Below are positions 22,127 through 30,900 of a stretch of DNA of 64,000 bases, piece after piece. The notes under the pieces are model-generated. The model was not told the DNA's origin and searched no databases. It was given only the letters and a program-made list of their open reading frames with translations. This stretch comes from an uncultured Legionellales bacterium (lineage in GTDB: Bacteria; Pseudomonadota; Gammaproteobacteria; UBA1113): contig CAMFJL010000004.1 in the NCBI GenBank assembly GCA_945957175.1, positions 21,994 to 85,993 of the forward strand. The letters are read 5' to 3'. The stretch's first letter is position 1. Every line of letters starts with the position of its first letter. The translations under genes and the position numbers were made by a program.

Positions 22127-22766
22127 AGCATTTGTCCTAAATAGGCTGTCTCTCGTAGATGCCAGTCCTTAAGAGTAATCTAAAATCAAGTCATCGCTTT
22201 AAGGTAAGCATTCGATACAGACTCTCTTTTATAAAACGCCTTACCTTTGTAGAGAAGACATCTTATCGCCGATAAACATTCAGACCTCTCTCACATTCCA
22301 AGAGTCTTCTATCGTATTATAACGCATCTCTGTAAGATAACAAATGCTTCCCATACCATCCTCAAGAACATATAGATCGAGCCTTACAATAGCGGATCTG
22401 CGGATGTTGGTTCACTAAAACGGCAGGATTGCCTTTTTGAGCACGCGCTTCGCGCAAAATCCGAGCAGCGAAGTTGCAAGTGATGAATTACGGAGATATA
22501 ACAAATAATTACCACCGCCTCCACTAACATCCTGTTTTTCAGATTTTATCGCGCATCAAAAGGTCTTGTCATTATTGGGTTCTTCTGGTTTCCCTCCAGG
22601 TGTTTGAGCTATTAATGACTAAACATCTGCTTTTTGTATCTGCTATAAATAAAGGTTATTAAGCCAAATACATTTGTTGTTATATTTTTTATTCAAAAAA
22701 ACATGATTAACTATTTACTTAATGAAGCGACTATCACTTAATATCATTTAAAATAATTACTACAAA

Positions 22767-23489
22767 TCAACTTTCCATATTTTTTATATTATTAAAGTTA
22801 ATTTTTAAAAATCCTTGTTTTGATGAGACTATAAGATTGTTTAAATATAAGTACTCCAAATATAAAGGTGGTTTATGATAAATAAAAACAGAAGTTTCTA
22901 CATTAAGTATCTTTGGCGTATCCAAGAATAGCGGTAGTTCTCTCAGGAAATATTCGACAGCAATCACCTCCCTATTATCTTCTAGAATATTTGTTCTTAA
23001 ATTATTGCCAAGAACCCAGGTTGATGTAGAAAGACAGCCAGCTCTAAAATCTTGACAATCTCTAAATTTATTCAAACAATCATTAAATATATTTCGGTAA
23101 TCTTTATTACTTGATAAACAAGTAAAGGTTATTATCATTTCTTTTGCTTTATACTCATCAAAGCCAAGCTTTTGTAATACTCTAATAACCTTGTTTTGAA
23201 GATATCTATCTTGCCTTTGTGTCTTATATTCCGATTCTTTTTTTGTATACCCAAGGGCCATTAATGTGAACACTGACAATGTATCAGGAACAAATATATT
23301 TATTTTATTAAATGTCTTTATAGAAAAACTAATCAATTTCATCAATATAGATTCATTGAAATAGCCATTAAATGGACTTACTCCTATTAAGCCATGTTGT
23401 TTTAAATTATAAATTTCCCTTGAATTATCACTTATGGGAAAAATATCCACCCCCGTGAGGGGGAAATGCTTTGACACGATAGATTCCAT
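22767..23489 (-). CDS. tRNA-dependent cyclodipeptide synthase (CDPS), NYH subfamily
   Basis: HGLIGVSPFNGYF (catalytic Ser, Asn), EYFLRELPLF (Tyr, Glu), FIYH (Tyr-His); 240 aa. Confidence 0.9.
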   Translation of the reverse strand: MESIVSKHFPLTGVDIFPISDNSREIYNLKQHGLIGVSPFNGYFNESILMKLISFSIKTFNKINIFVPDTLSVFTLMALGYTKKESEYKTQRQDRYLQNKVIRVLQKLGFDEYKAKEMIITFTCLSSNKDYRNIFNDCLNKFRDCQDFRAGCLSTSTWVLGNNLRTNILEDNREVIAVEYFLRELPLFLDTPKILNVETSVFIYHKPPLYLEYLYLNNLIVSSKQGFLKINFNNIKNMES

Positions 23490-23612
23490 AAAAAACTCTC
23501 TACATAATATGTCACAATCTTGAGCTTTACCTCTAGATAGATCCGGTGTCCAATTTCTACCTTGTTGAATTGATCTCGTTGCGACTGAATTAACTGAAAC
23601 AGTAACTTAGAT

Positions 23613-25472
23613 TCAACGCAATGTTAAGGCGTTTGAGCCATGCTGGTATGGCCTTTCTTGGACTGGTCGTCGCCAAATAAGCCAACGACTGCAGTCGTTG
23701 GTACTAGTCATTGGCGCTGTATTACCTGAAGGAAGGTAAACAGGTATATTAATAGGCTGCTGAGACTCATCAATGATGATTGCCCTATTAATAACATTCA
23801 GCTCGACGATATTAGGCTGTGTAGCTGCTTGCATTGCCGCTATGTTGGCAGGTGAAATTCTGCCCATCCAACAAATAAATAAACTGATTGCAGCTAACAT
23901 GCTACCCACTGTATATCCAATAGCAATGCCATTAACACCTAGTGACGTTGCAAACCCTAACACACCAGCCAACACAATACCTAATGTAAGACCAACAACA
24001 GATAATACTGTTGCCAGTATTTCTCTCTTTAATGGGCGCAATTGTTGAAGAAGATTATAACGTATTGAATCGGAAATCACACCAACAGAAACAATAGGGA
24101 TCATGGATACTAAAATATCATAAATATTCTCCTGATGATTACCAAGCATATTCATGAGTATTGACGGTTCGACAGCAAAAACAATCGGTAATGGCACAAT
24201 AAAAACAAGTGTAGCTAAAAGTCCATATTTTCCTATCCTACTAGCATTTTCGTAGCATTCAGCTCCAATTTCTCGACTTATCTCTTGACAACATCCCATA
24301 CCAAATGCTGATGATACAAGGAATAAAAGGTATATATATTGTAATGCAAAGACCCATGCCTCTTGCTCTAATGTGCCAATAATGCCGGCAAATATACTAG
24401 TTAAAAAAGTTATGAGCGCTTCGTTGGAAACAGCAATTAAATAGAAACTGCCCAATTTTACCAATTTAAAAAACTCTTTTAAATTACCTTGCATGTTAGT
24501 AAACAGTCGATAAAAATTATAGTTTCTAAGATCGTGGTGCCTCCCTATATAAAGTCCATATGATAAGGCGGTTAAGTAGGCCTCAACAATGTAACCAACA
24601 GCAATGCCGGATGTTCCTAGTTTTTTAACGAAACCAAGGTATAGAGATAAAGCAGTACCAACACCTAGACTACTGAGTCCCATTAGCATGGCCGGCATCA
24701 CCCGATTGAAGCTAAACATCATTTGCTCAGCACAGACTCTAAACGCTAATCCGGGGATGGCTAAGGCATACGGTCTTAAGAACTGTTGAGCATACCTAGC
24801 AACTTCTCTGTCTTGATCAAACATATTGGTTAGCATGGCTTCTGAAAAAATAAGCGTTATCATCATAGGCGGGACAACGAAAGCGGATATCATCAGTCCA
24901 TTTTTGTGAACATTTACGAGCAAATTGCGCTTTTCTTGAATGCTCTGTTCATTCGATTGGGCTTCATTAATTTCTAATGAGGCAGCTTCTAACATAATTA
25001 CTTCTCCACGCTGTTCTTCATTAGTTTCTAATAAATCCATCTCTAATGTTCTTATTTCTCCAAGATATTTACTTGCAAAAACACTCATCGCAAACAATAC
25101 AGAAACACCTAAGGTTACTACAGTATTCATAAGTGTTGAAATCAAAGCGATAGAAGCAGTTTCATCTTCATTTTCACTGAGATAATTTAACATGGTAATG
25201 ATAAGAACAACCTCAAAACCAAATGTAAATGAAGCTGCAATAGTTATACATTTGGTTGCTATTTGCCAAAAAGCGGTAAATCTAGATAATTTTTCATTTG
25301 GAGGAATCGTTATGATATTTAACTCGTTCTGATATCGATCTGAACGCGCTATAACATTTGAAGCATTATTAATTGCACCATATGCAGTAATCTCAATACT
25401 ATTACCTCTTCTAGGAGATAACATAGGACTGCCATTATCTTCATCACTATCATTTTTATTAGCATCTTGCAT
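23613..25472 (-). CDS. MATE-family transporter with long soluble N- and C-terminal extensions
   Basis: About 12 hydrophobic segments in two MatE-like halves (..VARYAQQFLRP.., LGTSGIAVG, ISREIGA, LGVNGIAIG). Confidence 0.75.
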   Translation of the reverse strand: MQDANKNDSDEDNGSPMLSPRRGNSIEITAYGAINNASNVIARSDRYQNELNIITIPPNEKLSRFTAFWQIATKCITIAASFTFGFEVVLIITMLNYLSENEDETASIALISTLMNTVVTLGVSVLFAMSVFASKYLGEIRTLEMDLLETNEEQRGEVIMLEAASLEINEAQSNEQSIQEKRNLLVNVHKNGLMISAFVVPPMMITLIFSEAMLTNMFDQDREVARYAQQFLRPYALAIPGLAFRVCAEQMMFSFNRVMPAMLMGLSSLGVGTALSLYLGFVKKLGTSGIAVGYIVEAYLTALSYGLYIGRHHDLRNYNFYRLFTNMQGNLKEFFKLVKLGSFYLIAVSNEALITFLTSIFAGIIGTLEQEAWVFALQYIYLLFLVSSAFGMGCCQEISREIGAECYENASRIGKYGLLATLVFIVPLPIVFAVEPSILMNMLGNHQENIYDILVSMIPIVSVGVISDSIRYNLLQQLRPLKREILATVLSVVGLTLGIVLAGVLGFATSLGVNGIAIGYTVGSMLAAISLFICWMGRISPANIAAMQAATQPNIVELNVINRAIIIDESQQPINIPVYLPSGNTAPMTSTNDCSRWLIWRRPVQERPYQHGSNALTLR

Positions 25473-25676
25473 ATTGTGAGTTCCTTTAAAAATTTTATTT
25501 GATGTGACTATAAGTGCTCAGTCATTTTTTTCTAAATATCTTTTTATTTTATCATATTACCCATAGCTTCACAAGTTTTGTATATTAAACACTTGTTTCG
25601 CGATTTTACATTATTGTTATGCTTAATTATAAATACTCTTAGATAAACTCAAATATCGCTTAATACTCTACATTGC

Positions 25677-26345
25677 TCATTGTCCTTTATTACGGCTGAA
25701 AATAATTGTTGTCGTGACTTTAGCCCGCAAATAATACCCTCTTGGTAAGGTTTGTCCTTGATAACCATCTGCATCGATATGACGCGTTAGCACCCGAGAA
25801 TGCGCAGCTTTGGGCCGTATTTGTAGATAGTCACCTAAACGACCGTCAATGCTCGCCAAGTCACCCAACATAATTCGCGTTTGAAACTCTTCCCAGTCTT
25901 GTTTGAGTATATGCCAATCGGCTTGGCTTGGCTCCCACAGACTTGGCCTTCCAATCACTCTATCGGCAATGGCTAAATGCGGCTCTGCCAGAATGGGCAC
26001 CCATAACACCTTAGCAAGCTTGCGATAAAGCACACTTTGCTCAAATGTTTGCCCTAACATGGGTGGTAGCGGCACCGTCGTTATGTAGGTAGACTCGAGT
26101 GGTTTGCCATGGGCATTTACTGGTATTGTTTTTAATTCCACACCGAGATGGGGAAAATCAGGTTCAGCTGCGTTACCTGCCGTTGCACCTAAAGCCATTT
26201 CTAGTAACTGGCCAATACGGCCTTTGTGTCTTAACAACTGCTGCGGCACTTGCGCTTGTAAATCAAACGCCAACTGGCCCAAGGTTAACCCCGTTAAGCA
26301 ATGGGCCCGCGCCAGCAAATCGTCAAGGGTAGGTAGTAGTGACAT
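25677..26345 (-). CDS. mutH: Mismatch repair endonuclease MutH
   Basis: KGRIGQLLE..LGA, PDF..LGVELKTIP, DWEE, LQIRPKAA, LPRGYYLR. Confidence 0.95.
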   Translation of the reverse strand: MSLLPTLDDLLARAHCLTGLTLGQLAFDLQAQVPQQLLRHKGRIGQLLEMALGATAGNAAEPDFPHLGVELKTIPVNAHGKPLESTYITTVPLPPMLGQTFEQSVLYRKLAKVLWVPILAEPHLAIADRVIGRPSLWEPSQADWHILKQDWEEFQTRIMLGDLASIDGRLGDYLQIRPKAAHSRVLTRHIDADGYQGQTLPRGYYLRAKVTTTIIFSRNKGQ

Positions 26346-26359
26346 GAAACCCTTAAACC

Positions 26360-27034
26360 CTATGGCAAATAGTAAAAGGGATTAGGTAGTTGAAAGCCTC
26401 TTTCAGCGTATCCACCTTGAAGGTCACTTTGCTGATCACCAATACTTGCGATAATGGTATAACCCTGCTCAGTGATTTGTTTACGCATCGCTTGTTTATA
26501 CGGTATGGCAGATTTGATGGATTGATACGCTTTAGGCTTACAGTAAAACCCTTGCCATGCGTTATATCCCACTGCTTTTAAATTGTCTTGTGCCGCTTGA
26601 CAACCAGACTCAGGGCGGCCCGTCACAAAAAAGACATAGACACCTTGAGTCACTGCCGTTTTATACAAAGCCAAGGTAGGTTGAATCGCTGGATCATCAC
26701 CGCGGTCATTCGCCTGCTGAATTTCAGCGAATGTACCACCAAAATCTAGCTTCAGCATATCTGGGTAATTAGAAAGTGAGGTTTCGTCAATATCCAATAC
26801 GATAGCCAACTTTTTAGGTTGCCTTAGTTGCCGATTGGCTTTGGCCGTTGCTAGCACATAGGCTTGCGCCTGATGGGTTACTGCGGCAATATCTTGTTCA
26901 TACTGCCCGCTGGCCACATAGGTTTCAAGCTTCTGCTTGTCTATTGCCAAGTCAGTTGGGGGCGTCGCAAATAAACTGCTTGTGGTAAGGACAGAAAAAA
27001 CCATAAGGCAGGCAAACCATCGGCGATGTAACAT
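26360..27034 (-). CDS. Secreted HAD-superfamily class IIIB acid phosphatase
   Basis: Signal peptide; LDIDETSLSN, FFVTGR, IGDQQSDL, LPNPFY. Confidence 0.9.
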   Translation of the reverse strand: MLHRRWFACLMVFSVLTTSSLFATPPTDLAIDKQKLETYVASGQYEQDIAAVTHQAQAYVLATAKANRQLRQPKKLAIVLDIDETSLSNYPDMLKLDFGGTFAEIQQANDRGDDPAIQPTLALYKTAVTQGVYVFFVTGRPESGCQAAQDNLKAVGYNAWQGFYCKPKAYQSIKSAIPYKQAMRKQITEQGYTIIASIGDQQSDLQGGYAERGFQLPNPFYYLP

Positions 27035-27280
27035 AAAATCTCCTCATAGGTATGAAGGCTGTAGTCGTCTTTGGCGCTTCTTTGGATGCGCCTTGAGATA
27101 TTGTATAGGTAAATAACGGCTTGACCAAAAGAAAGGTCATGTCCATGACTCATGCTAAGCATACCATACGTAAAGCGCCTCAACAGGCAAGTTCATTTGC
27201 CGTTAAAATCACTCAATATGCATAATTAAATAATGGTTATTTTTTGCCCTATACTGTCAGTATGTGTATAAAAACTAATC

Positions 27281-27850
27281 ATGCTAAGGACTTATGTGAT
27301 GAAAGTCAATTATTACTTATGCTCTATGATGACGCTTGTCTTCACGACTGGCATTTGGTTCACCACAGCAAGCTACGCGACAACTGTTTCATCAACAACA
27401 ACCGCGGCCAGTCAGAAAGTCAATAAATCTCACGGCCGCTTTGCACCAACAATTCCTGCGACCGGGCGTGGTGTTTTTATCTTTGACCCGAGACGCGTGG
27501 CTTGGGCAGCCTACGACTCGGAAGGTAAATTAGTTCGCACGGGCGCGGCTTCCGGAGGCAGAAACTATTGTCCTGATTTGCATCGTCGCTGCCATACACC
27601 TACAGGTACATTCAAGGTCTATGCCATTCAGGGTGCTTCGTGCAAATCAAAGAAATTCCCAATACCTAAGGGTGGTGCGCCTATGCCTTACTGTGCTTAT
27701 TTTCATGGTGGCTATGCTGTCCATGGTTCCTATCACGTGCCCGGTTATAATGCCAGTCATGGCTGTATCCGTGTACACCCAAGTGATGCAGCATGGTTAA
27801 CAAAAAATATCCTTCGACCAGGTAGCACCGTCATTGTAAGGCCATATTAA
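27281..27850 (+). CDS. L,D-transpeptidase family protein (EnhA-like)
   Basis: TPTG, GAPMPYC, AVHGS...ASHGCIR catalytic motif. Confidence 0.88.
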   Translation: MLRTYVMKVNYYLCSMMTLVFTTGIWFTTASYATTVSSTTTAASQKVNKSHGRFAPTIPATGRGVFIFDPRRVAWAAYDSEGKLVRTGAASGGRNYCPDLHRRCHTPTGTFKVYAIQGASCKSKKFPIPKGGAPMPYCAYFHGGYAVHGSYHVPGYNASHGCIRVHPSDAAWLTKNILRPGSTVIVRPY

Positions 27851-27913
27851 TTGATCAGGCGCCTGTTCACGATGTAGAATCATTGAGCAGACGGCTGGTT
27901 TCATAGCAGCCAT

Positions 27914-30900
27914 TTATCGACTTGGACATCGCGCTGGTGTCTGTGTCTGCACTGATGCCGGTGCAGCAGATGCAGTAGGATCGGGCGCAAAAAACACCGA
28001 AGATCCAGTCATCAATGGCATTTGAGTAGCAGATGTTGATGTTGCTGCCGCAGCTGTCTCAGATAAGACGGCCGCCGATGAAACAATTTGGGTAACAGCT
28101 CCCAGTCGTCGATACTGTACTTCAAGTCGCTCATATAATTGACTGACTGCCGCCGAAAGCTGTTGCTCATCCGCAGTAAATTGCTTATTTAGAAAACGCA
28201 GGCCCCGTATGAATATCGTCAGCTCAGGTTCGGGTAACGCTGCTAAGTGAGCAACGGCTTCATTGAAATCCACATCGGCTCGATTAAAATCATGTTTGAT
28301 CGCTTCATGTGTCTTATCTTGCACTTCTTTGACGTCTAGTGCTACTTGAAGCTCAGTAAATAGGACTCGAAGTCTTTCACGTTCCAGCCAAGCATTCAAT
28401 GCTTGATCAAGCCAATCTATATGTGGTGCCTGCATGTCCTGCTTTGCTTGTAAGGCTTCCATAAGTCTTGGATCTATACAAGATGCACGGGTGGTAACTG
28501 GCACACCAAGTTCCAGAAGCCGAGCAAGATGTGTAGTGCTTATATTACTTTGACCAAAACCCATATAAGGATTAGCACCAGCCTCAAGTAAGCTTCGGTA
28601 TATTCTCTTGTTGCTGTAATGAATTGCCCGGTGTAACGCGCTCTGACCATCGTTAGCTAACACATCAAGGAGCCCTTTCGCTTTAAAAGCCGCAATAAGA
28701 AGTTTAAATATCTCAAATCCCTTGCCAGTGCAATTTGAAATAGCCAAATATAATGCGGTTTGTCCCTGATTGTCTTGTAACGTCTCATCAGCGCCATGCT
28801 TGAGAAGCGCTTCAACAACCGCCACATCTCCTGCTGCTGCAGCCACATGCAAGGCGGTTCGACCTTTATTATCCCGTAGGGTTACATCAGCACCATGCTT
28901 GAGAAGCGCTTCAACAACCGCTACATCCCCTGCTGCAGCCACATGCAAGGCGGTTCGACCTTTATTATCTCGTAGGGTCACATCAGCGCCATGCTTGAGA
29001 AGCGCTTCAACAACCGCCACATCTTCTGCAGCGGCCACATGCAAAGCGGTTCGACCTTTATTATCTCGTAGGGTCACATCAGCGCCATGATTGAAGAAAA
29101 CTTCAACAACCGCCACATCTCTTGCAGCGGCCACATGCAAGGCGGTTCGACCATCTTGGTCTCGCACATCGAGGCCATTTTTCTCCTTAAAGAGCCTAAC
29201 AAGACACCTGAGCATCTCTAATTCCCACAAACCAAATTTTGCAGCAGCTATATGCAAGGCTGTTTGACTCTTATTATCGGTTAAGGTCACATCGGCACCA
29301 TGCTTGAGAAGTACTTCAACAATCGCTACTTTCCTAGCGATAACAGCCATATGCAAGGCGGTTTGCCCATCTTGGTCTCGCACATTGAGGCTCCCTTTTG
29401 CCTTGGTGGGCCCAGCAAGACACATGAGCATCTCTAATCCCCGCAAACCAAATTCTGCAGCGGCTATATGCAAGGCTGTTTGACCCTTATTATCGGTTAC
29501 AGTCACATCGGCGCCATGCTGGAGAAACGCTTCAACAGCCGCCACATCCCCTGCTGCTGTAGCCATATGCAAAGCGGTTCGACCATCTTGGTCTCGCACA
29601 TTGAGGCTACCTTTCGCCTTGGTGGGCCCAGCAAGACACCTGAGCATCTCTAATCCCCGCAAACCAAATTTTGCAGCAGCTATATGCAAGGCGGTTTGAC
29701 CCTTATTATCGGTTAAGGTCACATCGGCACCATGCTGAAGAAGCGCTTCAACAGCTGCTACATTCCCAACGGCAACAGCCACATGCAAGGCAGTTTGCCC
29801 ATCTTGGTCTCGCACATCGAGGATCCCTTTCGCCTTAGCGGCTACAACAATATGCTCAAGTACTTCGATTCTCTCTGGAAATAAGCTCGAAGCAGCAGCT
29901 ATATGCAAGGCCGTTCGACCTTGATGATCGAGCAGAGTCACATCAGCGCCATGCTCAAGCAAAGATTCAATAAAGTCTGCGCGCTTCGCAGCAACAGCCA
30001 CGTGCAAGGCAGTTCGCCCATCTTGGTCTTGCACGTTGAGGAACTTTTTTTCCTCGACAATGACAACAAAGCGCTTGAATATTTCTGATGTCCATGGAGA
30101 GCATTTCGCGGCAGCTATATGCAAGGCTGTTTGGCCTTTATGATCGAGTAAGGTCACATCAGCGCCATCCTCGAGTAAGGATTCCATAAACGCTGCCATC
30201 CCTCCGGCAGCAGCCACATGCAAGGCTGTTTGTCCATCTTGGTCTCGCACATCGAGACTACCTTTATCCCTGGAGGGCCCAATAATACACTTGAGTATAT
30301 CTAATGCCTGAAAACCAAATTTTGCAGCGGCTATATGCAAAGCTGTTTGACCCTTATTATCGGTTAAGGTTACATCGGCACCATGCTCGAAGAGAGCCTC
30401 AACAGGGCCTACGCGTCCTGCGGCGGCAGCTACATGCAAGGCCGTTTGCCCATCTTGGTCTCGCACATCGAGGCTACCTTTCGCCTTGGTGGGCCTAACA
30501 AGATGCCTGAGCATCTCTAATCCCCGCGAACCAAATTCTGCAGCGGCTATATGCAAGGCGGTTCGACCCTTATTATCGGTTAAGGTCACATCGACACCAT
30601 GCTGAAGAAGCGCTTCAACAGCTGCTACATTCCCAACGGCAACAGCCACATGCAAGGCGGTTTGCCCATCTTGGTCTCGCACATCGAGGCTACCTTTCTC
30701 CTTAGAGAGCCCAGCAAAACGCTTGAGCATGCTTAATGCCGCCGGAAATAATTTCGCAGCAATCACATGCAACATTGTTTGACCGTTATCGTTTACCGCA
30801 TTGATGAGTGCTATATTTTTTTCGATAAGAGATCCAACCAACCATCCCTGCTCAAAACCACTACTTGCACTCAGAACAGCTGCAAAAAAATCCTCTATTT

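Noticed and set aside
22127..22766. Small gene or riboswitch between the CDPS and the kinase
   Set aside because: No ORF of 60 aa or more and no known riboswitch motif; 22415-22485 looks like a degenerate palindromic repeat but is too weak to call.
28560..30800. CRISPR array or DGR template/variable repeats
   Set aside because: The repeats are in-frame ankyrin coding units without unique spacers, and there is no cas or reverse transcriptase gene in the window.
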